Of a stretch of 64,000 nt of DNA, positions 26,056 through 39,758 are shown one piece after another. The translations under genes were made by a program, and so were the position numbers. The DNA is taken from assembly GCF_009914755.1 (NCBI RefSeq), contig NC_060925.1; one strand, 5' to 3'. The notes under the pieces were generated by a model, which saw nothing but the letters and a program-made list of their open reading frames with translations, searched no databases and was not told where the DNA came from. How positions within the stretch are numbered: the stretch's first letter is position 1; each line of letters opens with the position of its first letter. The stretch is from the human T2T-CHM13v2.0 reference genome, Homo sapiens.

Positions 26056-26289
26056 CTGGAGGAGGTGGCCAGCGCGATGAGCAGAGCCTGCAGGATGCCG
26101 CGGATGAAGACGATGGGATTCTTCTTGGTGATGAAGAAGTAGAGCAGGGGCAGGATAAAGAGCCCGTGGAGCACCAGCCCGCACACCACGGTGACTGAGT
26201 AGAAGCCCAGCTTCTTGCCGACGGCCCTGGGGTCGTCCATCTCCAGGATCTTACCCGCAATGAGGAACACAATGCCGAAGGGGAAATAC
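26056..26289 (-). CDS. SLC1A7: EAAT5 exon 7
   Basis: cccag|G; [20 protein letters not shown]...[10 protein letters not shown]; donor AG|gtagcc; 234 nt. Confidence 0.96.
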
Positions 26290-26964
26290 CTGGGGGCGGC
26301 GGGGCAGCCAGGCTCAGGAACCAGGCAGGCAGACACACCCCGGCCCCAGCCCCGCATCGCTGCGCGGCCTTCCCCCTGAGCTTCCTGGGGCTCCTGCGAG
26401 GACAGAGCGAGACTGTGCCAAGGTGCCCGGCCCAGGCTCAGCACATGGCGTCCTTCATACCGTTACTTCCACCGCCCCAGCTCCAGACAACCTCTGCCAC
26501 TCCTTCCCCCGACCTGCCTTCAGGAGGCCCCCATTTCAGGCCCAACAACGCCAGAGTCTACACAGTGCGCCTGGGCAGCCCTCCCTCTGCGTTCCCCACT
26601 GAGCTCCTGGACTCTGAACTGTGAGCCGAGGACTCTGAACTGTGGGCTAGTCCTTACCGCCAGCTTTCCTTTCTCCAAAAGCTGAGCTGATAAGGCTCCA
26701 TGTGATGGAGAAACTGAGCCCAGGAGAGCAGCAGAGCCGGGCAGAGCTCTTAGACCAGGCTGGAAGGGGCAGGCCCAGGGCCGGAGCCAGGCCTGGCTGG
26801 GGCTGGGGGACCCATGGAAACACATGTAGCTCCGGAGGCCCCGGCCCAGGGCTGAGCCTGGGCACAGCTTTCTGCTCACTTTACGGGAGAAGAGGGTGGG
26901 GTCTTGTCTTCCCTCCATCCACCCAGGGCTGGCCGGGGTGAGGTGGGTAAATGAGGAGGCTTAC

Positions 26965-27064
26965 CACACAGCCACCGCCACGATCTTCATGACCGACTCA
27001 TTGAGGCACTGGCAGAAGCTGACCAGGGGGGCCCCGCTGTCACCCATGCGGCCCAGCATGATGC
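26965..27064 (-). CDS. SLC1A7: EAAT5 exon 6
   Basis: ccgcag|GC; GIMLGRMGDSGAPLVSFCQCLNESVMKIVAVAV; donor TG|gtaagc; 100 nt. Confidence 0.95.
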
Positions 27065-28539
27065 CTGCGGGTCAGGGACACAGTGCTGTGGTAAAGCAGG
27101 GACAGACCCACAGGCCCACATGGGTCTCAGCATGGCTGGCTCCCCAGCAGCCTTGATGCTCCAGCACTCCCCCCACTCCCCCCACTCTCTCTCTCCCTCT
27201 CTCCTCCTCCACTCTACTACCGATCCCACAGTGCTCTCACGTCTTCCTCCTCTCTCACCTTCCTCCACGCAGCAGCCAATGTCACCTCCTCAGGATAAAA
27301 GTGCTCCCTGCCAAGTGCACCCCTGGCTTCGCTGTGCGCTTAGGCCATGACAAGCTCCCCGCTGCCTCACCCAGCTCGATGCCTCAGCCCCACTCGAGTG
27401 GGCCCTGCCTGCCTCTCCCTCCTGCTCCTGCCCATCTCACTGTGCCCTGGCACCACTGGCCTTCTTTAAGTTTCTGGAAGGAGGGAGTCCAGCTCTTCAC
27501 TGCCTCAGGGCCTTTGCGCAAGCCGTTTACGCAGTGCCCCAGGCACTGGCTGCCCGCTCTCCAAACAGCTTGGAAGCCATCCCCGATCCCCTTTGCAAAC
27601 TCCCATTTATTCTTCAATATCTCACCTCTTAGGGCCTATTACAACATAACTGTCTGGGTTTTTTCCCGTCTCCTCTGCGAAGTTAGCTCAGCGAGAGCAA
27701 GAACTGCATCTCCTTAGCTGGAGCATGTTAGACGCACAGTGGTCAATGGTGAGTGAGGACTAGGGCCTTTCCTGATGCTCCTGGCGCCTCCCCCGGCATT
27801 CTAGGCCTTCCTCCCCAGCTCGCACACACCAGGAAAGGGTGGTGTGGGAACGGCTCCGTGGGGTGAGCTCTGTCAGGCCAGTCCTGAAACAGGGACTGAG
27901 TGGCTGCCCTACCTCCTGGTGAGACCGACGTGGGGAGCAGAGCACTCTCTACAGCTGCCCTCATGAGGCCCACTGTCATGGTGCTGGGGCTCAGCTAGGG
28001 AGGCAGGGTGGGATTCAAACCCTGGCCTGTGGGACACCAGAGAAGGGCTCTTTCCCTGTCCTGAGAAGCCTGAGCCACACAGTCCATGGAGCAGCTACCC
28101 CGTGGTGACGGAGTGAGGTGAGGGCCCTGCCAGGGCGGGCAGGAGAGGCTGGAGTTGGAGGTGACCCTGGGCCTACCCCGCCCGCCTGTCTTCCTGCCGC
28201 CTGGCTGATGTAGACCCAGACTCCCCTGCCGGCTCCGCCCTCCCCGGGCTCCACCACCACCACGCACGGGCTTCCTGCCCCTCCTCAGGCCCATTTGGAT
28301 TTTCCCAGGGGCATCCGAGGACTGGCTGCTGGGAGCCAGTGTGCATGGAACCCTAGTGTGGCACGGGGGCTCCCTCACGGCAGGGCCAGCAGGACCTTAG
28401 CACCAGCCACATCCCAGGGATGGGGTGGGGAAAGGAGGCTGGGTTGAGGGAACCAAAGAAAGCCCTGCTCGGAGCCGCTGTGCTAGTGTGCTCACTCACA
28501 CACGCGGGCAGACACTGGTATCTGCACCAACAGGCACAG

Positions 28540-28895
28540 GCACCGGCAGATGTGGACACTGACAGGCACAGGCACACACAGAAGCAGGTGCACACAGACA
28601 CAGGCACGGAAAGACCAGGCACACGCTGATGCGGGGACACAGGAATGCAGCTGCACCCAGACATGAGCACAGGCAGATGTGGGCACACGCAGGCATGAGC
28701 ACACACAGACGCAGGTGCACATAGACACAGGCACAGGTAAGCCAGGCGCATGCTGATGGGGGAACACAGGGACACAGGTGCACACAGACACAGGCACGGA
28801 GAGGCCAGGCACACACTGATGCAGGGACACAGAGATGCACGTGCACACAGACACAGGCACTGGCAGATGTGGGCACATAAAGGCATGAGCATACA
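28540..28895 (+). repeat. Degenerate ~62-bp tandem repeat
   Basis: caggtgcacacagacacaggcacgga..ccaggcacac.ctgatg recurs at ~28585, 28712 and 28775. Confidence 0.7.
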
Positions 28896-28899
28896 CAGT

Positions 28900-31800
28900 A
28901 AGCCACACCCTGCCTTGGTACACTCACACACCCTGCCTTGGTACACTCACACACCCCGCCTTGGTACACTCACACACCTTGCCTCAGTACATTCACACCG
29001 CCTCGGTACACTCACACACTCTGCCTCGTTACACTCACACCGCCTCGGTACACTCAACTCGCCTTGGTACACTCACCCTGCCTCGATACACTCACACACC
29101 CCGCCTCGTTACACACACACTGCCTTGGTACACTTAAACCCGCCTCAGTACACTCACACAACCTGCCTAGGTACACTCACACACCCCAGCTCAATACACT
29201 CACACACCCTGCCTCGGTACACACACACAACTTGCCTCGGTACACTCAACTGCCTCGGTACACTCACTCCACCTTGTTACACTCACACACCCCACCTCGG
29301 TACATTCACCCCGACTTGGTACACTCACACACACTGCCTCGGTACACTCACACACACCACCTCAGTACACTCACACCACCTTGGTACATTCACATCGCCT
29401 CGGTACACTCACACAACCCGCCTCGGTACACTCACACAAACTGCCTTGGTACAGTCACACCACCTCGGTGCATTCACACACACCACCTTGGTACACACAC
29501 ACCCCGCCTCAGTACACTCACTCCACCTCAGTACACTCACACAACTCGCCTCGGTACACTCAACTGCCTCGGTACACTCACACTGCCTTGGTATGCTCAC
29601 ACCCCCCCACCTCATTACACTCACACACCCCACCTCAGTACATTCACCCCGCCTTGGTACACTCACACACACCACCTCGGTACACCCACATGCCCCACGT
29701 TGTTACTTTCACGCGCCTAGCCTCGATACACTCACACACCCTGCCTTGGTACACTCAAACCATGCATCTGTACACTCACACACACCGACTCGGTACACTC
29801 ACACTGTCTCGGTAAACTCACCCCATCTTGGTACACTCACACACCCTGTCTCAGTACACTCACACCACCTTGGTACACTCACACATCCCGCCTAGGTACA
29901 CTCACACGCCTCGCCTCGGTACACTCACACACCCTGCCTCGGTACACTCACACACCTTGCTTCATTACAATTACACACCCCACCTTAGCACACTCACACA
30001 CTCCACCTCGGTACACTCACACGCACATAAACCCCAGCTCAGTACACTCACACCCCATGCCTCAGTACACTCACACACTCCACTTCGATACACTCACACA
30101 CCCTGCCTTGGTAAACTTACACACCACTTCAGTACACATACCACTTCGGTACACTCACACATCCACACACACTGCCTCAGTACACACACACACCGCCTCA
30201 ATACACTCACACACAGTGCCTTGGTACACTCACATACCCCGCCTTGATACATTCACACACCCAGCCTTGGTATACTCACAGATACTGCCTCAGAACATTG
30301 ACACACCCTGCCTCAATACACTCACAGATACCACCTCAGAACACTCACACACCCTGCCTCAGTACGCTCACTTTGCCTCGATACACTCACACGACCTGCC
30401 TCGGTACACTCACACACACCCCCTCAGTACACTCACATACACCACCTCGGTACACTCACATAACCTGCCTCGGTACACTCACACACCCCGCCTCAGTACA
30501 CTCACACAACCCACCTTGGTACCCTCACACACACTGTCTTGGTGCACTCAACCTGCCTCGGTACAATCACACGCACTGCCTCAGTACGCTCACACACACT
30601 GCCTCGGCACACTCACAGAACCCGCCTCAGTACACCCACACGCCCCGCCTTGGTAGACTCACATGCCCCACCTCAGTACACTCACAGATACCACCTCAGA
30701 ACATTCACACACCCTGCCTCAGTACACTCACGCACCCTGCCTCGGTACACTCATTTTTTCTCGGTACACTCACACACCCCGCCTTGGTACACTCACACAA
30801 CCCACCTCGGTACCCTCACACACTGCCTTGGTGCACTCACACAACCTGCCTCCGTGTACTCACACACACCCCCTCGGTACACTCACACACACTGCCTCGG
30901 AACACTCACACAACCCACCTTGGTACAATCACACACACCACCTCGGTACACTCACACACAGTGCCTTGGCACACTCAGAACCTGCCTCAGTACACTCACA
31001 CACCCCACCTCGGTACACTCACACACCCTACCTTGGTACAATCACAAAACCCGCCTTGGTACAATCACACACACCACCTTGGCACACTCACACATACTGC
31101 CTCGGTACACTCAAACACCTCGCCTCGGTACACTCACAAACCCTGCCTCCAAGCACTCACACATCCCACCTCAGTACACTCGCTCTGCCTCAGTACACTC
31201 ACACAACCCACCACAGTACACCCACACCACCTGCCTTGGTACAGTCACACACAGTGCCTTGGTACACTCACACACACCGCCTCAGTACACTCACACACTC
31301 CGCCTCAGTACATTCACACAACCCACCTTGGTACTATCACAAATACTGCATCGGTACACTCACACACCCTTGCTTCAATACACTCACACACCCCCACCTT
31401 GGTATACTCACCCCACCTCGGTACACTCACACACCATGCCTCGGTACACTCACACACCACAACTCGGTACACTCACACCACCTCGGTACACTCACAAACC
31501 CTGCTTCGGTACACTCACATACCCTGCCTCCGTACACTCACACATTTTGCCTTGGCACACTCACACACCCTACCTTGGTACACTCACTTTGCCTCGGTAC
31601 ACTCACACCTCAGTACACACACCACGTCTTGGTAAACTCACACACCCCGCCTCTGTACACTCACATGCACTGCCTCAATACACAAACATGCCCCACCTTG
31701 GTACACTCACATGCCCCGCCTCAGTATACTCACCCTGCCTCGGTACACTCACACTGCCTTGGTAGGCTCACACACCCTGTCTCGGTACACACACACACTC

Positions 31801-34800
31801 CACTCGTACCAAAACCCGCCTTGCTACACTCACACACCCCACCTTGGTACACACATACGGTCACACCACCTTGGTACACTCACACACTCCACCTTGTTAC
31901 ACTCACACCGCCTCAGTACACTCACACACCCTGCCTTGGTACACTCACCCTGCCTCAATGCATTCACACATCACCCTTGTTACACTCAAACTGCCTCAGA
32001 ACACTCATACACCCTGCCTCAGTACACTCACACCATCCACCTCAGCATACTCACACACCCTGCCTCGGTACACACATACACACCACCTCAGTACACTCAC
32101 ACATACCACCTCAGTACGTTCACACACACCACCTCGGTACACTCACTCTGCCTGAGTACACTCATACCACCTCAGTACACTCACATAACTGGCCTCGGTA
32201 CACTCACACATACCGCCTCGATACACTCACATTGCCTCAGTACACTCACACAACTTTCTTCGGTACAGTCACACAACCTGCTTCAGTACACTCACACACC
32301 CTGCCTTGGTACACTCACACCGCCTTGGTACACTTACACACTCTGCCTCATTACACTCACACTGCCTCGGTACACCCACACCACCGTAGTACACTCACTC
32401 CACCTCATTACACTCATACTGCCTTGGTACACTCACATACCCTGCCTCGGTACACTCATCCTGCCTCACACTCACACACCACCTCTCATTACACTTACAC
32501 TGCCTCAAAACACTCACACCCTGCCTCTGTACACTCACAACCCGCCTCTGTACACTCACACACCCCGCCTCGGTACATGCACACATACTGCCTCGGTAGG
32601 CTCACACATACCATCTCGGTACAGACACACGCTGCCTCGGTACACTCACAGAGTCTTGGTACACTCACATAACCTGCCTTGGTACACTCATACACACCGC
32701 CTCAGTACACTCACACACCGCCTCGGTACACTCACACTGCCTCAGTATAATCACTCCACCTTGGTACACTCACACACCCCTCCTCGGTACACTCACACTG
32801 CCTCAGTACCTCACATACCGCCTCGGTACACACACATACCCCGCCTTGATAGACTGACACACACCACCTCGGTACGCTCACACAGCCCGCCTCGGTATAC
32901 TCACACAACCTGCCTCGGTACACTCACACACCTCGCCTCAGTACACTCAACCGCCTCAGTACACTCACTCACACCACCTTGGTATACTCACACACCCCAC
33001 CACAATACCCTCACTTTGCCTCGGTACACTGACACATACCACCTCAGTACACTCATACCCATTGCCTCAGTATACTCACACCACCTTGGTACACTCACAC
33101 ACCCCGTCTGAGTACACTCACACACCTTGCCTCAGTACACTCACACTGCCTCGGTACACTCACACACACCACCTCGGTACACTCACACCCCTCCTTGTTA
33201 CACACACACCTTACCTTGGCACACACCCTGTCTCAGTACACACACACACCATCTCGGTACACTTACACACCCCACCTTGGTACACTCACACACCCTGCCT
33301 CAGTACACTCACACACACCACCTTGGTACACTCGCATTGCCTTGGTACATTCACACACCCCAACTCAGTACACTCAGAAACCATGCCTCTGTACATTCAC
33401 ACACCACACCACGTCGTTATACTCACACCATCTCAGTACACTCACACACTCCATCTGAGTACACTCACACACCTTGTCTTGGTACACTCACACCACCTTG
33501 GTACACACACACCTTGCCTCTCTGTACACTCACACACCCCCACCTTGATACCTTCACATACACCACCTCGACACACTCATACACCCCGCCTCAGAACACT
33601 CACACATCCACATACACCCACACACACCACCTCGGTACATTCACACAACCCACCTTGGTACACTCATACAACCTGCCTCGCTACACTCACACGCACCGCC
33701 TCGGTACACTCGCACACCCAACCTTGGTACACTCACACACACCGCCTCAGTACACATACACACCCCGCCTCAGTACACTCACACAACCCACCTCAGCACA
33801 CTCACACGCCCCACCTCGGTACACTCACACACCCCGCCTCAGTACACTCACACGTCTTGTTTCAGTACACTCACACGTCCCACCTCGGTCCACTCATACA
33901 CACTGCCTTGGTGCACTCACAAACGCTGCCTTGGTACATTCACACACACCGCCTCAGTACACTCGCACACCCAACCTTGGTATACTCACACACACTGCCT
34001 CAATACACATACACATACAACCTCAGTACACTCACACAACCTGCCTCGGTACACTCACACAACCCGTCTCGGTACACTCACACACCTTTCCTCGGTACAC
34101 TCACATGACTTGCCTTGGTACACTCACATGCCTTGCCTGTGTACACTCATACATACCACCTCGGTACACTCATACATACCACCTCAGTACACTCACACAC
34201 ATTGCCTTGGTACACTCACACACTGCCTTGGTATACTCACACACTTTGCTTCAGTACGCTCACACACCCGCCTCAGTACACTCACATCACCTCGGTACAC
34301 TGCCATACCCCGCCTCAGTACACTCACACACTTTGCCTTGGTACACTCAGACTGCCTCGATACATTCACACACCCCACCTCAGTCCACTCACACACCCTG
34401 CACCGGTACACTCCCACACCGCGCCTTGGTCCACTCACACACACCACCTCAGTCCACTCAGATACCCTGCCTTTGTCCACTCACACACCCCACCTTGGTA
34501 CATTCACAAAACCCGCCTCGGTACACTCACACACACCACCTTGGTACACTCACACACACCACCTCGTTACACTCACACACCCCGCCGCAGTACACTCACA
34601 CACCCCGCCTCAGTACACTTACACACCCTGCCTCGGAACACTCACACAAATCGTCTTGGTACTCTCACACTGCCTTGGTACACTCACATACCCACACGCA
34701 CTGCCTCGGTACACTCACACACCCCACCTCGGTACACTCGCACACCCCACCTCGGTACACTTGCACACCCCGCTTTGGTACACTCACACACACTGCCCCA

Positions 34801-35385
34801 TTACACTCACACACACTGCCTTGTTACACTCACACTGCCTCAGGACACTCACACATCTCACAACGGTACACTCACACCACCTCGAAACACCCACACACAC
34901 CACCTCGGTACACTCACACACCCTGCCTCAGTACACTCACCCTGACTCGTCACACTCACTCACCCTGCCTTGGTACACTCATGCCTACTCGGTACACTCA
35001 CACAACCCGCCTCAGTACACTCACACACCCCACCTCAGTACACTCACACACCTTGCCTCAGTACACTCACACTCCTCATCTTGGTACACTCACAAACCAT
35101 GTCTCGGTACACTCACACCAGCTTGGTACACTCACACAGTGTCAGTACACTCATACACCCCGTCTCAGTACACTCACACACCCTGCCTCGGTACACTCAC
35201 ACACCCTACCTTGGTACACTTACACACCGCCTCGGTACACTCACACGCACACTCAGTACACTCACACGCCCGCCTCGGTACACTCACACTCTTTGTCTTG
35301 GTACACTCACATGTCCCACCTCAGTACACTCACACGCCCTGCCTCGGTACCCTCATACGACCTGCCTCAGTACACTCACACAAAT
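28900..35385 (+). repeat. ~6.5 kb degenerate minisatellite, ~19-25 bp unit, core (G/A)GTACACTCACAC
   Basis: Continuous array of cct(cg/tg/ca)gtacactcacacac.. units, roughly 280 by length/period estimate; lies in SLC1A7 intron 5. Confidence 0.97.
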
Positions 35386-36759
35386 GTTCACAGATGCACG
35401 GACAGTTACACATGCGCAGCGAACGCTCAGCGAGTTGAGTCCAAGGGTCTCCGGTTCTTTTGCTCTGCCAGTAGATGCCCTTCTCTTATGTTCCCAGCCC
35501 TGAGAAAGGCTGAGTTTGGGGACTGCTTGTCAGATGTGCCGAGAGGCACTTTCAGACATTTTCGTTTCACACACTTGGGTCACCGAGGCCCCGGCCCCTC
35601 TGCACGCCTGGCGTTTTGGCCCAGATGAGAAGAGCTCCATTACCCATTGTCACCCAGCCGTCCACCCATCTCCCTACCAGGTCTGCTGAGTGCCTGCTGT
35701 AGCCACGGCAGCGGTGGGCTCTGGGGTGGATGGAGACAAGCCCGTCAGCCTGTATGGGGCTGGTCATGGCTGTGCAGACAGCAAGCAATGATATCCTTGC
35801 AATCGAGTCTAGTGCTCACAGAGTAACCAGGCAGTGTAGCCCAGGGCACTCGGCCTAGTCTGCGGAGGACTCTCCTGAGGGCATGGCACTTGTGGGGAGC
35901 ACCTTGAAGATGACAAACGTGGAGGGGGAGTGGCAAGAGCAGCCGGGCTGAGGGTTGTGCGGAGAGGAGCACACGGGCCAGTCTCACGGGGCTTTTCAGC
36001 CGGCACTAGGGGTTCGGCCCCTTTCCAGGGGCAATGGGCAGAGCACGGTCAGACTTGTGACCTCCTGAGCTGGACACACCAGCAGGGACAGTCGTGGAAG
36101 TTTTCTAGGCAGCTTTCACAGGAACCAGGCGAGAGACCACACGGCCTTGACCCGGGCAGTGACGCGGGGTAGAAGGAAACGCACGGCTTGGAGGGGACTT
36201 TGGGGGCAGACCCGACCGGATGCAAAGGTGGGGGCCAAGGCAGAGGACGAGGTAGAAAGTCACCCCTAGAGTTTTTGCATGAACGAGGTTGGTGAGGTCT
36301 TTTCCTTGACAAGAAAACCCAGTGGAGGAGTCGGGGATGGCAGGCAGGACATTTCCACAGGCTTTGTGGGGTCTGAAGCTTGTATAATTTGGGACCCATC
36401 TTTAAGAAAAATAACACAAAATTTAAAAACCAAGGTGCGGGCCTCCAAGGGGCTTGCATAGGTGAGGGGCCTGGCATCCCAGAGGAGGGCAGCAAAGGGA
36501 AGGGTGTGGCAGGGATGCCAGCTGTGGGCCTAAGAAATGGCCCAGACGGGCCTGAGGGGGAGGTGCCAGGGGGAAGCCCCTGGGGTGGGGTGGGGAGGCG
36601 AAGGATTTAAATAAACAGGAGTGGTGAATATTTCCAGTTTTTCACAGTAAACCTCTCCAGCATTCTCCCCAGACCTCAGTAAGAGGTGGAGGAGCAGGCT
36701 GCTGGGAGGGGCTGGGGGCCCAGCTCCACGGCACTGCTGGGCAGGTGGGCAGCACATAC

Positions 36760-36982
36760 CCATGGTGGCAGAGAAGAAGACGATGCCCAGCACATTCATG
36801 CCATCGCTGGTGCCCGGCTCTGACTTGTAAACGACCTCGGGCGGCGGGGTCAGGTCCAGGGCGAAGTTCTGCACATGGGAGCCATTCTCCTCCTGGACCC
36901 CGTAGATGAGGATCCGCCGAGGAGGGGCCTCCTCTGGTGCCACCTTGGGGGACTTGACAACTGGGGTGGTCTTGGTGCGGTA
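36760..36982 (-). CDS. SLC1A7: EAAT5 exon 5 (extracellular loop)
   Basis: ccaccag|TAC; YRTKTTPVVKSPKVAPEEAPPRRILIYG...GMNVLGIVFFSATM; donor G|gtatgt; 223 nt. Confidence 0.96.
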
Positions 36983-38259
36983 CTGGTGGGTGACACCCCA
37001 CCCAGAGAGAAGTCAGGGCCAAGGGTTGTTACTAATATTAACGACAACAATAATAGCATCTTGAAGGCACATTTGTATCCATTCCTATCCTATTTGATTG
37101 ACAGTAACCCTGTGAGGCAGGCAGAGCAGGGATTGCTATCGATATTTTACCCAAAGAAAGCTGCAACTCCTTCCTCTACCACCACACCACCCAGCCACGC
37201 TGCCTCCTGCCTTCATTCCTCTTCTTACTTCTATACCTCATCACCCCATCTGGGTCCCTCTTAACTGCCTGCCCAGCCCCTTATCCACCCAAGTAACCCT
37301 TTATCCACCCATCTGTCCCCTCCCAATCATCCAGTATCCATCCACCTGGTGGCCTGCTGGCCCTGCTGCCCACCAGGTGGAAACTTGGACCTTCTTTTTG
37401 AAGAAGCATAGCCTGCCCCAAGCCTTGTTAATGAGATGAAGCCCATGCACAAGAAAATGACCTTCCTGAGCCACGTACCTTTCCCTCTCTGCCCCCAGAG
37501 CATTCATGGGTCTCACCCCATCATCCCTCAGGTACTGGGAGCCCAAAAAGGGAGCCTCCTCTCCCCTCAAACATCACTGCATCGATAAGGCCAACCACTC
37601 AGGAAACATATGAGACCTGAAGTCTCTGCTTCCTTTTCCTCCTCTGTAAAATGGGACCGTGATAGCATCTACTGCATGAAATGAAATGAGACGATGTATA
37701 TAAAGTGCTTACAACAGTTCCTGGTACATGTTAAGCCCCATGGAAGCATTACTGCTACCATCATCGTCATCATCACGTTGAACACTCTGTGCTGGTTGCT
37801 GGAGATACACAAATGAACCTGACATGATTTCTGCCTTGCGGAGGGAGTGACTAATTGGCTGAAAGAGTTAGCTTCACAAAGAAGGGGACATTTGACTTGA
37901 GTCCTGAAGGATGGGTAGGAGTTTGCCAAAAGAGAAAGGGCATTCCAGAGAGTTACAGAGTAGAGCAACATTCTTTCTCTTTATCTCTCACACCCTCAAT
38001 GATTCCCAATTACAATAGAAACTCCCTAGCCTAGCATTCAGTCCCCTTCACAATCTGGCTTATTTCATGGATGTCAGGAGAGACGCGGCGATATGCCAAA
38101 GCTTTCACAGCTCCCTATTCAGAAGCCTCCTCTCTATACCTCAGCCACTTCCTTTGTGTCCCCAGGCTCAACACAGGGCCCAGCCCAGGAAAGGGGTTCA
38201 GGAAACCCTTGCTGGATTAAGTCAACCAACCAGCTGACAGTTTAGAAAGGGAAAAAGAA

Positions 38260-38700
38260 TTGGAAATTATTCAAAGGGCAGGCAAAGACTGAGCACAAGG
38301 ACATTCACCACAATTTCGACGAAGGAAAAACTTTGAAAACAACCTAAGGGAACACTGAAAGGGGGAGTGGGAAATAAATTACAGCCCAGCCTTATCACAG
38401 GCCATTGTAGTACCACTAAACATTGTACTTTTAAGAAATATTTCATAACCGGGGAAAATGCTCAGGATATAATGGAAGTGAAAAAAAGCAAGATGAAAAC
38501 TGTATATGCACTATGATTATAATATTATTTAAAAATAAGCAGAAGAAAAAAGACCAGAAATATATCCTCTGCTACCAGGGACTATGTACTAGAACTAGAG
38601 ATGATTTTTGTTTTCTACTTTATATTGTTTGGTATTTTCCTAATTTTCTACAGTGAACATCATTATTATTCTTGTTAGGGGAAAAATGATTACTTTAAAA
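38260..38700. mobile_element. Old L1 (L1M-type) 3' fragment
   Basis: A-rich diverged L1ME-like 3' sequence, recognised by eye. Confidence 0.55.
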
Positions 38701-39145
38701 AGAAAGAGAAAACCGGCTAAGAAGATAGGCCTGGGTTTACCTACTGGCTTTGTCATTTACTAGTGGTATAACCTTGGGCAAATCATTGACTCCTCGGAGC
38801 CTCAGTTTCCTCTTCAGGAAGTGGGGCTCATCCTACCTCAGTGCCGAGTTACTGTGTGGATGGGCGAGATGGTGTATGTGGAAGCAGAGCAGGCACTCAG
38901 TGAAGGCTTCTCTCCACCCCCACACTTTTTCATCATGAAAACTGGAACCCAGGACAGGGATGTGGCCATGGGGGTCTCTAAGGATCTAGGTTCCCCAGCG
39001 TACCCTCCCCTCTAGCATCCCACCTCCAGGAGACAGCGTGACTGGCCAGCACACCTGTCACTTCCCAGCCATGCCACTAGCCCTGCTGCCTGCCCTCCTG
39101 CCTGCTGCCCCTTCCCTCCCCTCCACTGCCCAGAGACTCACTCAC

Positions 39146-39188
39146 CTGTTTGAATGTGGCTTCTACTAGGTTGGCTGGGAACATGTTC
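39146..39188 (-). CDS. SLC1A7: EAAT5 exon 4
   Basis: cctag|G; NMFPANLVEATFKQ; donor CAG|gtgagt; 43 nt. Confidence 0.95.
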
Positions 39189-39758
39189 CTAGGAAGAGAA
39201 TCAGCAATTGAAAAATTCCAGAGCCCAGGACAGGAGGGCCCTGGGGGTTGTGGCCTTGGGGTCATCTGGACATCTCCTTTGGTGGTCGGGCCTTCCTCAG
39301 GCCAGCCTCCTCTGCAGTCTCACCCACTACATCATGGACACTCCACAGCGCCAGCACCTGCCGCCCCCAGACTGTGCCACATACTTTCCAGAGCCAGGCA
39401 TTTGTCTACACTGTTCCCTCTGCCCGGAATGCCCTGCCTGCCTCTTGGTCTGGTGAACTACTCAAATCTACCACAGATCAAGCACCTCTTCCTCTGTCCA
39501 GCCCTCCCTGACTGCCCCACGAGACCCTGCGGCCCTTCTGTGTGTAGGTCGCTGCTGCTCCGCCACACCACCGTGCGGTCACTGGCTCACCTGTCTGCCT
39601 CCCCCATATAGTGGCCGCCTTGCAGGTGGGACTTGGTTGTTCATGTCCTATCTGTGGGGCCTAACACGGGACCTCGCACATAGGTGGGCTCATTATTCTT
39701 AGTAACATATTTTATTATAAAGCTAAAGGTGGAGGAGTCTTTCCTACTAGATAAAAAA

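Noticed and set aside
28353-28969. Cys-rich, keratin-associated/metallothionein-looking ORFs on the - strand
   Set aside because: Translation of TG-rich repeats in several frames; no gene structure.
28900-35385. CRISPR-like repeat-spacer appearance
   Set aside because: Eukaryotic intron. The inter-core segments are short related variants, not unique spacers, and there are no cas genes.
28750-35628. Very long His/Thr/Pro-rich ORFs (381-833 aa) on the + strand
   Set aside because: They occur in all three frames of the minisatellite. The unit rarely forms stop codons (TA is followed by C), so the ORFs are a compositional artefact.
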